NCBI GenBank assembly: GCA_963724635.1
Contig: CAVRVI010000001.1
Location: 16,678-80,677, forward strand
Length of the DNA stretch: 64,000 nucleotides
Direction of reading: 5' to 3'
DNA from: an uncultured Chloroflexia bacterium
GTDB lineage: Bacteria; Chloroflexota; Limnocylindria; Limnocylindrales; CSP1-4
In this document: positions 1-9,410 of the stretch, in pieces
How positions within the stretch are numbered: the first letter of the stretch is position 1
Layout: every line of letters starts with the position of its first letter
Made by a program: the position numbers and the translations under genes
Notes under the pieces: model-generated
The model's database searches: none
Told to the model about the DNA's origin: nothing
What the model saw: only the letters and a program-made list of their open reading frames with translations

Positions 1-704
1 ATATCGGAGGACAGGACATCGCTCGCCGACGCGGTGTGCGGGAAGACTCGAACGCGGGCGCCGCGATGGCGCATCGAGCGCACGATATTGGCCTTGAGCC
101 CCAGGTCCACGATGCCGATGAGCGGCCCGCCATCGGCTGCGTCGCCGACCTCGGTGACCGCGGCCGGCGAGACCTGGGAGACGAAGTCCTGGTCCTCCCA
201 GCGAGCCACCGCGCGGGCGGCGGCACGGGCGACGTCCGGGTCCACTTCGCCCGGCGCCGTGACGATCCCGCGCAGGCAGCCGTTGGCCCGCAGGTGCCGG
301 GCCAGCGCCCGGGTGTCGACGCCGGCGATCGCCGGGATGCCGTTGCCCCGCAGGAGCGACGCGAGCTGGCGAGCGTCATCGAGCACGGCAGCGGTCGCGT
401 TGGCGACGACGAGGGCACGCAGCCAGGGCCGGATCGATTGATCGTCGGCGATGAGTCGGCCGTAGTTGCCGATGAGGGGATACGTCATGACGACGACCTG
501 GCCGGCGTACGAGGGGTCGGTGCAGACCTCCTGGTAGCCGGTCTGGCTCGTGTTGACGACGAGGTCACCGCCCGATGCCAGCGGGGCGCCGAAGGCCACG
601 CCCGGGAAGACCGTCCCGTCCTCCAATGCCAACAACGCCGGACCCAGATCGCCGATCCGGGGGTCGACGATGGCACTCGCGCGCGGCGACGGGGGGACGA
701 TCAC
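1..704 (-). CDS. carA: Carbamoyl-phosphate synthase small subunit (runs off the left edge)
   Basis: Not in the ORF track; manual minus-strand translation from GTG at 704 gives ...ALLALEDGTVFPGVAFGA...DLVVNTSQTGYQEVCTDPSYAGQVVVMTYPLIGNYG, the CarA N-terminal signature. Confidence 0.92.
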   Translation of the reverse strand, partial: MIVPPSPRASAIVDPRIGDLGPALLALEDGTVFPGVAFGAPLASGGDLVVNTSQTGYQEVCTDPSYAGQVVVMTYPLIGNYGRLIADDQSIRPWLRALVVANATAAVLDDARQLASLLRGNGIPAIAGVDTRALARHLRANGCLRGIVTAPGEVDPDVARAAARAVARWEDQDFVSQVSPAAVTEVGDAADGGPLIGIVDLGLKANIVRSMRHRGARVRVFPHTASASDVLSSD

Positions 705-769
705 GCGACGGCGGTACAAAACGACCCACCCGCCGGGCTGGCGTGGTGGGCGAGGGCGTGCGCGGACAT
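701..769 (-). CDS. Putative 22-aa leader peptide (MSAHALAHHASPAGGSFCTAVA), stop overlapping the carA start
   Basis: AAGGAGG followed by ATG at 769; TGA at 703-701 overlaps the carA GTG (GTGA). Confidence 0.45.
   Translation of the reverse strand: MSAHALAHHASPAGGSFCTAVA
716..750 (-). terminator. Possible attenuator/terminator hairpin inside the leader peptide ORF
   Basis: Minus strand CCCACC-ACGCC-AGCCC-GGCG-GGTGGG followed by TCGTTTTGT. Confidence 0.4.
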
Positions 770-778
770 CGAGAGCCT

Positions 779-834
779 CCTTCGTCGGCCTCACGGGACC
801 GATACGCCGGCCTCACAGGACCGGCCATGAAAGG
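779..834 (-). promoter_or_regulatory. Tandem PyrR-binding RNA loops upstream of carA
   Basis: Two hairpins, GCCGGTCCTGTGAGGCCGGC and TCGGTCCCGTGAGGCCGA, match the PyrR loop consensus GUCCNGNGAGGC and are enclosed by CCTTTC...GAAGG; they precede a pyrimidine-pathway gene. Confidence 0.75.
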
Positions 835-904
835 ACGGCGTCAGGGTAGCACGGCCGGTGCCACCGACGTCCCGGTCGATGGCACCGCCCGTCGCGAGCG
901 ACGG

Positions 905-1399
905 TCAGTCGGCTCGCTTGATGTTGCCGCGGATCTCGCCCGACGGATAGGTCGGCGAGTGCACGTTCACGTACGTCGCACCGTTGCGCATCGCGCGGAC
1001 GAGCTCACCGAATTCACCACCGGCGATCCCCTGCCCGGCCGGTCCCACGACGTCGGTCATGACGATCGTGCCGGTCACGGTCCCGTTCGCGGGACAGGCA
1101 GGCTTGCCACCGCCGCCGCACAGGAACGCCGCGACGCCGCCGTTCACGTCCGGTCGCGCGAAGTGGATATGCGAGAACAGCGGCGCCTCCGAGAAGTCGC
1201 GGATGCTGAGGCGATAGGTCAGGGTGTCGCCCTTGAGCTCCGCCCGGAACGACGCCCGCGCGCCCGTCGAGATGGAAGGGACCTCGAGATAGCCGTTGAG
1301 GGAAGCCTTGAACTCCCGGTTGCTGTCGCCACCCACCACCGGGGCCAGCGCGATCAGTAGCAGGCCGACGCCAGCCACCACGAACAAGGATCTGCGCAT
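905..1399 (-). CDS. Exported CHRD-domain protein
   Basis: Signal peptide; FKASLNGYLEVP, SHIH, YVNVHSPTYPSGEIRG motifs. Confidence 0.85.
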   Translation of the reverse strand: MRRSLFVVAGVGLLLIALAPVVGGDSNREFKASLNGYLEVPSISTGARASFRAELKGDTLTYRLSIRDFSEAPLFSHIHFARPDVNGGVAAFLCGGGGKPACPANGTVTGTIVMTDVVGPAGQGIAGGEFGELVRAMRNGATYVNVHSPTYPSGEIRGNIKRAD

Positions 1400-1445
1400 C
1401 CCATCCTCCTTCCGTCCAGCCGCCGACGGCGGCGTTGACGGGAGA

Positions 1446-1471
1446 TACGTCAGGGATGCGCGACCGGGTTC
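1446..1471 (-). promoter_or_regulatory. Candidate ECF-sigma promoter GAACC-N17-CGTA for the CHRD gene
   Basis: Same spacing and near-identical motifs as the site at 37604-37629. Confidence 0.4.
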
Positions 1472-2420
1472 AGGTTCGCGCGAATGTCTCGAGGAGCATC
1501 GCGACGAACTTCGGCTCGTCGGCGTCGAAGGCGAAGTCGACGTTGGGCTCGCGCTGGCTGCGCTGGTTGGTATCGACCACGGTCTCGCCCACCGTCAGCT
1601 CGCCGTGGGTCTCGACATCGACATGCACGTTGCGGGTCGTGATCACCGATCGATCCACGATCGCGGCGACGGCCAGGGCGTCATGGACGGGTGCCGCGTG
1701 CGGTCGCGCCATCGGCTGGGTCGTGTCGTAGCCCTGGATCCGCCGCTCCGTGAATCGGGCGGCCGCCTCGCCGGCAGGCGTGCCGAGCGCCCGCAGCCGG
1801 GCGCAGTCCTCGAGCGAGACGAGGGCCACGTGCGTGGCATCCAGCGGCACCATCGTGATCTTGCGGACGCCGCTGGCGAGCACGACCCGGGCGGCCTCCG
1901 GATCGGCCCAGATGTTGAACTCGGCGCGGGGCGTGACGTTCCCGTGATGATGCGCGCCGCCCATGATCATGAGCTCGGGGATGCGGTCCTTGAGGCGCGG
2001 CTCCAGGGTCAGCGCCGTCGCGATGTTCGACAGCGGACCGACCGGCACGAGGATGATCTCGTCGGTGGTGGCGCGGTACGTCTCGATGAGGAACTCCACG
2101 GCGCTCGTGGTCTCCTTCACGGACCGTGACGGCGGGACATCGAGATAGCCGCCGTGGACCGCGTTCGAGCTCTGGATGTCGGGGCGTGGGATCGGGAAGT
2201 CGGCGCGGGCGATCGGTCGACGGACGCCCTCGTAGACCGGCACGGGGATCCCGATGTAGTCGAAGACACGGAGGGAGTTCTCCGTGCAGTAGTCCACGGG
2301 GACGTTGCCGTTGACCGTCGTGGCGCCGATCAGCTCCAGGTCCGGATGGAGCGCGGCGAGCATCAGGGCGACGGCGTCGTCCGTGCCCGTATCGACATCG
2401 AGGATCACCTTCTGTGCCAT
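1470..2420 (-). CDS. Inosine/uridine-preferring nucleoside hydrolase
   Basis: VILDVDTGTDDAVA, GPLSNIA, AEFNIWADPEAA, VHDALA motifs; start MAQKV at 2420. Confidence 0.93.
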   Translation of the reverse strand: MAQKVILDVDTGTDDAVALMLAALHPDLELIGATTVNGNVPVDYCTENSLRVFDYIGIPVPVYEGVRRPIARADFPIPRPDIQSSNAVHGGYLDVPPSRSVKETTSAVEFLIETYRATTDEIILVPVGPLSNIATALTLEPRLKDRIPELMIMGGAHHHGNVTPRAEFNIWADPEAARVVLASGVRKITMVPLDATHVALVSLEDCARLRALGTPAGEAAARFTERRIQGYDTTQPMARPHAAPVHDALAVAAIVDRSVITTRNVHVDVETHGELTVGETVVDTNQRSQREPNVDFAFDADEPKFVAMLLETFART

Positions 2421-2548
2421 GCCGCCGAGTGTACCGAGCGCGCATGGACGATGGAGGTCGCCAGAAGCGGTGCGCCGCGACACCACCGGCTCGAGGCGAT
2501 AGCCGAGCGCCTCGGGGGAACGCTTGCACGCCGTGCGAGGATGCCCGC

Positions 2549-2761
2549 ATGGTCGAGTACGGTCAGGGCCTCGGGAACGGACCCGCCGGGCAGGTCGGCG
2601 GAGGCGCCGGTGCCGGTAGTGGCGGTGGCGACTGGGGCGGTCAGATCGCGAACGCCGCGCAGGACGCGGTCCACCAGGTGTCGTCGCTGCCACCCGGCCA
2701 ACTGCTCCTCCTGGTCGTCGTGATCATCGTCGGGTTCTGGGTGCTGCGCCGGGCGCTCTAG
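2549..2761 (+). CDS. Small Gly-rich protein with a C-terminal transmembrane helix
   Basis: 70 aa ending LLLLVVVIIVGFWVLRRAL; directly upstream of the cNMP gene. Confidence 0.65.
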   Translation: MVEYGQGLGNGPAGQVGGGAGAGSGGGDWGGQIANAAQDAVHQVSSLPPGQLLLLVVVIIVGFWVLRRAL

Positions 2762-2774
2762 GGAGGGACCAGCC

Positions 2775-3188
2775 ATGGACGACAAGATCGCCATCCTCGA
2801 AGGGATCCCGCTGTTCGCCGGCCTGGAACGCGAGGCCCTGGAGCGGATCGCCCGCCTGGCCGACCGGGAGGAAGTCGACGCGGGCACCACGCTCACCCAC
2901 GAGGGTCGGTACGAGGGCTACTTCTACATCGTGGGCGACGGCACCGTCGAGTTCAGTCGGCGCGTGGTCGTCGCGACGTCCGGCAGCGGCAGCTTCATCG
3001 GGGAGATCTCGATGCTCGACGCCGGCCCCCGGACAACCACGGCAACGACGACCACGCCGTGCGTCCTGCTGAAGCTCGACACCCGCGGGTTCGAGGCGCT
3101 CCTCCAGGCCGACCCTTCCGTCGCCGAGGCCCTCGAGGCCGAGATGACGCGCCACCTGGAGCAGACGGACACCGGGACCGCGTCCTGA
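2775..3188 (+). CDS. Stand-alone cyclic-nucleotide-binding domain protein
   Basis: IPLFAGL, EGRYEGYFYIVGDG, FIGEISMLDAGPRTTTA; RBS GGAGG. Confidence 0.85.
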   Translation: MDDKIAILEGIPLFAGLEREALERIARLADREEVDAGTTLTHEGRYEGYFYIVGDGTVEFSRRVVVATSGSGSFIGEISMLDAGPRTTTATTTTPCVLLKLDTRGFEALLQADPSVAEALEAEMTRHLEQTDTGTAS

Positions 3189-3226
3189 AATCGGGCGGTC
3201 GGCGGGCACGGTCGGCGGCAACAAGA

Positions 3227-3252
3227 GACCCCGGCGGCGATCCGTCGGGGTC
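3227..3252. terminator. Hairpin between the convergent cNMP gene and tRNA
   Basis: GACCCCGGCGG-CGAT-CCGTCGGGGTC. Confidence 0.6.
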
Positions 3253-3270
3253 ATGTCGTGCGAGGGAGCC

Positions 3271-3345
3271 TGGTGAGCCCGGAAGGACTTGAACCTTCAA
3301 CCCAGTGATTAAGAGTCACTTGCTCTGCCATTGAGCTACGGGCCC
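3271..3345 (-). tRNA. tRNA-Lys (CTT)
   Basis: GGGCCCGTAGCTCAATGGCAGAGC...AGTGA-CTCTTAA-TCACT...GGTTCAAGTCC...CACCA; 75 nt with encoded CCA. Confidence 0.96.
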
Positions 3346-3624
3346 AGGGCCCGAGATGATATCGCACCTCGACCCGATCTGACCATGACGGCCTCGGATC
3401 GGGTGCCGCGTCGGGGCGGTCGGCCATGGCTGGCCGCCATCGATATCGGGTCGAAGACCGGTTCGTGGCCGATCGGGCGGTGGTCGTCGCCGATCTCGCG
3501 CCGGATCGGGCGGCGTCCGGCGCCTTCGATGGCGCGCCGCCATGGTTCGGCCTCCGATCGAGCGGCGCACGACCGCTGACGTCGATATCGATGGCTGCGC
3601 GTCATCGGCTACGGCGAGGCGACG

Positions 3625-3812
3625 GATCTGCGTTTGCTGCCCGCGAACGATATCGGCCGGAACGCCGCGCTGGATGCCTCCCATGCGTCATTACGTGGCG
3701 TCCACGACGCGCGACGTCCCTTTTCGAGCGAACATCGAGAGGGGAACTCCGCCCGGCGAGGCAGATCGGGTCGTGCTCGACCTGAAATCGTTCGCTGCGC
3801 GCGAACACCCTT
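3625..3812 (-). repeat. Copy A of a ~190-bp dispersed three-palindrome element
   Basis: GTTYGCT-N3-MGCGAAC copies at 3632-3648, ~3717-3733 (degenerate) and 3790-3806; reverse complement aligns to 23680-23865. Confidence 0.7.
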
Positions 3813-3978
3813 CACCCGCTCGCCGCGGGGCGACCAAGGCGTCCGCCCAGCCGCGAAAACTAAAGACCCGGAGCGCATCGAGATGCGGCTATCGCCAGAT
3901 GTGCCGTTGCGCCCGGGCAACGAACCTGCCGGGTGGGGGCACGAGCAGCGTGCCACGGATCCTGGGAGGGATGGACCG

Positions 3979-4590
3979 ATGAGACCGCCTCGCCGTCTGG
4001 CGACTTTGGGCACGTTTGGCACGTTGGCCGTCGTTGCGATCGTCACGTATGGCTGTTCCGCCGGCGGATCGGGCGCCAGCGCGGGAGCCGACACCGCGGC
4101 TTCCGCGGCGCCCGCCGCAGCCACGACGCCCGCACCGACCACCGCGCCATCGCCGACCCTGGCGCCGACCGCGACCCCCACACCAGAGCCGACCGCGACG
4201 CCCGAACCGACCCCGGATATCGCAGCGATGGCCGACGCCTACGCCGCCAGTGCCAAGATCATGTTCGACACATCGTTCGCCCTCGACGAGCGGTTCGCCG
4301 ATGCGAAGACCTACGACGACTACTCCGCCCTCTACGCGGAAGGCGCCGAGATCTACGAAGCCGGTCGGAAGCGCACCGACGCCATGGAGCTGTTGCCGAC
4401 CCTGGCGGATGCCAAGGCCGACCTGGTCGCCGCATTGGCCATCGCCCGTGACGAGTTCCTGAAGCTCGCCGATGACCCCGACTACGACCCGAAGGACAAG
4501 CTCAAGGACGCCCAGAAGGACATCCGGGACGCGGGCGCGGAGATCCGCGAGGCCCTGGGTCTGCCACCGGCACCCACACCGAAGCCGTGA
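3979..4590 (+). CDS. Putative lipoprotein with a Pro/Thr/Ala linker and helical C-terminal domain
   Basis: MRPPRR...VVAIVTYGC lipobox-like signal, APT/PEPT low-complexity linker, RBS GGAGG. Confidence 0.75.
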   Translation: MRPPRRLATLGTFGTLAVVAIVTYGCSAGGSGASAGADTAASAAPAAATTPAPTTAPSPTLAPTATPTPEPTATPEPTPDIAAMADAYAASAKIMFDTSFALDERFADAKTYDDYSALYAEGAEIYEAGRKRTDAMELLPTLADAKADLVAALAIARDEFLKLADDPDYDPKDKLKDAQKDIRDAGAEIREALGLPPAPTPKP

Positions 4591-4631
4591 TGCCCTCGTA
4601 GGACGGCGGGCGGGCCCGTAGACTGCCCGCC

Positions 4632-6542
4632 ATGCCCGACACCGCCCTGGGACCCGGTCACGGCCACATCATCGTCTGCGGCACCGAGCATCTCGGCCTG
4701 CGCACGATCGACGAGCTGCGCCGGCGTGACGAAACCGTCGTCGCCATCGGCGCCACGGTGGACGCGGCCGATGCCCTGGCCGCCATGGACGTCCGGCTCG
4801 TGGTCGGCGAGGCGATCCAGCCGCGCACGCTCCGCGAGGCGGCGGTGGATCGGGCCGCGGCCATCGTGATGACCGGTGGCGACGACCTCGAGAACCTCAA
4901 CACCGCGCTCGCAGCCCAGGAACTCAACCCCGCCATCCGGGTCGTGATCCGCATGTTCGACACCGAGCTCGGCGGCCATATCCCCGAGCTCTTTCCCGAC
5001 GGCGTCGCCCTCTCGTCGTCGGCCCTGGCGGCACCCGGGTTCGTGTCCGCCGCCATCGATGGCGAAACCGGCGGTCGATTCGACCTTGCCGGACGCGTGC
5101 TGAGCGCCCGGACGTCCGCCGATGCCGCGCGCGGCACCCGATCCGTACCGCTCGCCCGGCTGCTCCCCGACCGCTCGGTGGAGATGCTCCCGAGCGCCGC
5201 GACGACTGACCCGAACTTGATCCTCATCGACGTCGCGCTGCCGGGTACCCTCGATGATGCTGCTCTCCCCGCCACGGCGGACGCCTCCGTCAGCGGCCTC
5301 GTCCAGGGCACCGTCGGCGCCTTCCGCGATCGACTGCGAGCCCCGGAGCAACGGCTCCTGCGGTTCGGCACGATCCTCGTGCTGCTTGCCGTCGTCTCGG
5401 CGCTCTACTTCGAGTTCACCGCCGGACTCACGCCGCTCGATGCCGTCTCCTACGCGATCACCCTGCTCACGGGCGCAGCCTTGGCGACGACCATCGATGC
5501 GGCGACCGCCCCGGATGCGCTGCGGCTGTATTCGATCTTCCTGAGCCTCGTCGGGGCGGCCCTGGTCGCCATCGTCTATGCGTTCATCACCGATGCCCTG
5601 ATCCGCTCGCGTCTCCTCCAGACGCTGGGACGGCGCACGGTGCCCGGCAACATCCGTGACCACGTCGTCGTCGCCGGCCTGGGGGCCATCGGCTATCGGG
5701 TCGCCCTCCTGGTGCAGGCGCGCGGCGTGCCCGTCGTCATCGTGGAGAGCGAGGATGAAGGCCGGTTCGTGGCGGCGGCCCGGGCTGCCGGCATCCCGGT
5801 CGTCATCGGGGACGCGCGGCATCGCGAGGTGCTCACGGAAGTGCGTCTGGACCGCGCCCGCGCCCTCGTCTGTGCGACCTCGGACGACCTCGTCAACCTG
5901 TCGGCGGCGCTCAACGGCCGCTCCATCCGTCCCGACCTGCGTGTCGTGGTGCGGCTCTTCGACCCCGAGTTCGCGGTCCGCGTCCAGCGGGGCTTCGGCA
6001 TCCGCTTCACGCGGTCGGTCTCACAGCTGGCGGCCCCGGCGTTCGCGGCCGCCGCGACCCGGACCGAGGTGGTCGCCACGGTCCCGGTGGGCGATCGACG
6101 CATGGCCCTGTTCGCTCGACTCAAGGTCCCGAGTGGCTCGGCGCTCGAGGGCCGGCTCGCCATGTCGCTGGATACCGAGGGCGCCCTCCGGGTCCTCGCC
6201 GTGGCCGATCCGGGGACCGACGAAGCCCGTTGGGACATCCCCGCAGAGGAAGTCCTCGACGCCGACGAGGAGGTCGTCGTGGCCGCCACACGTGCCGGGC
6301 TCGCCGAGTTGCTGCACCTTGCCTCGATCCCGGCGGGGACGGCGCCGACGATCGCGAACCTGCCGCCGGCGGGCGGCCACGCACGGTTGCTGCCGTTCGA
6401 CGCCCAGGAGGCGGTCGCGCTCGTCCGCCGCAACGCCGGCCGCGTGATCGGGGCGATGCCCCCGCCCATCGGCGGGAAGCGGCCCGGTACGCCGGCCGTC
6501 ACGCCCTCGCAGGCCACGCCCGACAACCCCAGCGATCCCTGA
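4632..6542 (+). CDS. TrkA/RCK NAD-binding protein with two RCK_N domains flanking a channel-like membrane segment
   Basis: HIIVCGTEHLG and HVVVAGLGAIG Rossmann motifs; hydrophobic segments between them; RCK_C-like C-terminus. Confidence 0.85.
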   Translation: MPDTALGPGHGHIIVCGTEHLGLRTIDELRRRDETVVAIGATVDAADALAAMDVRLVVGEAIQPRTLREAAVDRAAAIVMTGGDDLENLNTALAAQELNPAIRVVIRMFDTELGGHIPELFPDGVALSSSALAAPGFVSAAIDGETGGRFDLAGRVLSARTSADAARGTRSVPLARLLPDRSVEMLPSAATTDPNLILIDVALPGTLDDAALPATADASVSGLVQGTVGAFRDRLRAPEQRLLRFGTILVLLAVVSALYFEFTAGLTPLDAVSYAITLLTGAALATTIDAATAPDALRLYSIFLSLVGAALVAIVYAFITDALIRSRLLQTLGRRTVPGNIRDHVVVAGLGAIGYRVALLVQARGVPVVIVESEDEGRFVAAARAAGIPVVIGDARHREVLTEVRLDRARALVCATSDDLVNLSAALNGRSIRPDLRVVVRLFDPEFAVRVQRGFGIRFTRSVSQLAAPAFAAAATRTEVVATVPVGDRRMALFARLKVPSGSALEGRLAMSLDTEGALRVLAVADPGTDEARWDIPAEEVLDADEEVVVAATRAGLAELLHLASIPAGTAPTIANLPPAGGHARLLPFDAQEAVALVRRNAGRVIGAMPPPIGGKRPGTPAVTPSQATPDNPSDP

Positions 6543-6563
6543 GCCCAGCCCGGGGCGCGGCGG

Positions 6564-8082
6564 TCAGCTCGGCTGGTTGTCGATCTGGGCGCGCTGGAGC
6601 CGGCCCGAGAAGTCGACGTAGATCGACTTCCACTCGGTGTAGGTGTCGATGGCGACGTGGCCTGCCTCGCGGTGGCCGTTGCCGGTCTCCTTCCAGCCCC
6701 CGAACGGCAGGTGCGTCTCGGCGCCGGTCGTGCCGGCATTCACGTAGACGATGCCCGTCTCGAAGTCGCGCATCGCCCGGAAGGCCAGGTTCACGTCGCG
6801 CGTGAAGATCGATGAGGAGAGCCCGTAGCGGGTCTGATTGAGGGCCAGCATCGCAGCCCCGTAGTCCTCGACCGCGATGACCGAGAGGACCGGGCCGAAG
6901 ATCTCCTCCTGGCCGATGCGGTCCATCGCCCCGACCTGACTGAAGATCGTGGGCTCGAAGAAGTGGCCGTTGGCCAGGCCATCGCCCGTCGCGCGACCGC
7001 CGCCCGTCACCAGCTCTCCCTCCCCACGCCCGATATCGATGTACGACGCGACCTTGTCGAGGGCGCCGGCGTTGATGAGCGGCCCCACATCGACCGTCTC
7101 ATCGAGCCCGGATCCGAGGCGGAGCTTGCGGGCGCGCGCCTCGAGACGCTCCAGCAGCGCGTCCTGGACCGAGCGCTCCACGATGACGCGGGAAGCGGCC
7201 GTGCAGCGCTGGCCGGTCGTCCCGAACGCGCTCCACAGGATCCCGTCGGTGGCGAGGTCCAGGTCCGCGTCGGCGAGCACGACCACGCCGTTCTTGCCCC
7301 CGAGCTCCAGCGACAGGCGCTTGAGCCTGGCGCCGGTCTTGGCCGCGATGGACCGGCCGGTCGTGGACGACCCCGTGAACGAGATGACCCCGACATCCGG
7401 GGACTCCACGATCGCATCGCCGACTTCGCTGCCGGTGCCGGTCACGAGGTTCACGACGCCTGCGGGGAACCCCGCCTCGGCCATGAGCTCCACGAGCAGC
7501 GTCGCGCAGAGCGGCGTGTCGCTGGCCGGCTTGAAGACCACGGTATTGCCGGTCACGAGCGCCGGCATCATCTTCCAGCACGGGATGGCCATCGGGAAGT
7601 TCCAGGGCGTGATGATCCCCGCGATCCCGATGGGCTGGCGGATGCTCATCGCCCACTTGTCCGGCAGCTCGGACGGCACGGTGTCGCCGAACATCCGACG
7701 CCCCTCGCCGGCCATCAGGTACGCGATGTCGATGCCTTCCTGGACGTCGCCACGGGCTTCGGACAGCACCTTGCCCATCTCGCGAGTCATGGCTCGCGCG
7801 AGGCGCTCCTTGTGGCGCGCCATGAGTTCGGCGAACGCGTACAGGATCTCGCCGCGCCTGGGGGCCGGCGTCCGGCGCCACATCGGACCGGCGGTCTCAG
7901 CAGCACGGATGGCCATCGCGACGTCGGCGGCGGTCCCTTGCTGGAACCGACCGACCACGTCGCGCGTGTCGGCCGGGTTGCGGCTCTCGAAGGTGGCGCC
8001 GCTCGTCGGAATCGCACCAGTCGCCGGCGATGAAGTGACGGTAGGTCGTGATCTCGACCGCGGGCTCGGCGGTATCGGTCAT
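6564..8082 (-). CDS. Aldehyde dehydrogenase (indel near 8010)
   Basis: [36 protein letters not shown]; N-terminus MTDTAEP...HFIAGDW in another frame. Confidence 0.93.
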
Positions 8083-8129
8083 GCCGCCGAGTGTAGCGGC
8101 GGGCGTGTCGGGCGGAGCCGGGTCGCCGC

Positions 8130-9360
8130 TCAGACCCGCTCGACCGCCATGGCGACCGAGCCGCCACCGCCCAGGCACAGCGTGGCGAGCCCGTAGCGGC
8201 CCTCGCGTCGTTGCGAGCTCGTGGAGGAGGGTCGCGACGATCCGGGCGCCGCTCGCACCGATCGGGTGGCCCAGGGCGATCGCGCCGCCGTTGACGTTGA
8301 CCCGGCCCCAGTCGAAGCCGAGCGCCCGGCCATCGGCCAGCGTCTGGGCGGCGAAGGCCTCATTGATCTCGATGAGGTCGAAGGCCTCGATCGGAAGCTC
8401 GATCCGGTCCAGCAGGCGCTTGACGCCCTCCACCGGGGCGAGGAACAGCCACTTGGGCGCCACCTCGGCCTGGGCGTAGCCGACGATGCGGGCCAGCGGC
8501 TTGAGGCCGAGCCGTTCCACGGCCCGCTCGCTCGCGACCAGGGTCGCCGCCGCGCCGTCCGTGATGCCGGGCGCGTTGCCGGCGGTGACCGTCCCGGTCG
8601 TGGCGTCACCGCGGTCCTCGCCGTCCGGAAGGGCGAAGGCCGGCTTGAGTCGCGCGAGGGCTTCCGCGGTGGAGTCGCGCCGCGGGTTCTCGTCCTCGGT
8701 GACGATGGTCTCGCGGCCCTTGGCGTCGCGGACGGTCACCGGCGCCATCTCGGCGTCGAATCGCCCGGCGTCGATCGCCGCGATCGCCTTCTGGTGGCTG
8801 GCGAGTGCGAAGGCGTCCTGGTCCTCGCGGCTCACATGGTCGCTGATCGCGACGCGCTCCGCGTGGGTGCCCATGTGGCAATCCTCGATCGCGCACCACA
8901 GGCCATCGGCGACCGTCGAGTCGACGAGCGGGGCGTTGCCCAGGCGAAGCCCGAAGCGGGCGCCATGCAGCAGGTAGGGCGCGCCGTTCATCGATTCCAT
9001 GCCGCCCGCGATGACGAGGTCGGCATCGCCGGCACGGATCTCGGCGGCCGCGAGCATGATCGCCTTGAGCCCGGAGCCACAGACCCGATTGATGGTCGTC
9101 GCGCTCGTGCTGTCGGGGAGGCCCGCCTTGAGGGCCGCCTGGCGAGCCGGAGCCTGGCCGGCCCCCGCCTGCAGGACCTGGCCCATGAGCACGTCGTCCA
9201 CGGCCGTCGTCGCGGGATCGAGGCCCGCCCGTTCGACGGCGGCGCGGATGGCGACCCCGCCGAGCTCGGTCGCCGCGACCGTGCTCAAGGCACCACCGAA
9301 CTTGCCGATCGGCGTCCGTGCCGCGCTGACGATGAAGGTCTGACCGTTGGGCTGCTGCAT
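8130..9360 (-). CDS. Acetyl-CoA C-acyltransferase (thiolase; indel near 8215)
   Basis: [50 protein letters not shown]. Confidence 0.93.
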
Positions 9361-9410
9361 GGCGATGAGTCTACCGCCGGCCCGCCGGTGTGAGGTCCAG
9401 CCCACCGGTG

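Noticed and set aside
3602-3808. 68-aa ORF over repeat copy A as a real gene
   Set aside because: The homologous frame in copy B has no start codon, and conservation centres on DNA palindromes rather than codons.
3845-3910. c-di-GMP-I (GEMM) riboswitch
   Set aside because: Only a vague resemblance; the GGCAAAC/GAAA tetraloop P2 and GCAAAGC core are not present.
4080-4215. Tandem repeat within the lipoprotein gene
   Set aside because: Ordinary Pro/Thr/Ala low-complexity linker (also seen in 61730-62929), not a DNA-level element.
3271-4590. tRNA-Lys as the attachment site of a genomic island
   Set aside because: No integrase, no duplicated tRNA 3' end seen, and no obvious compositional break.
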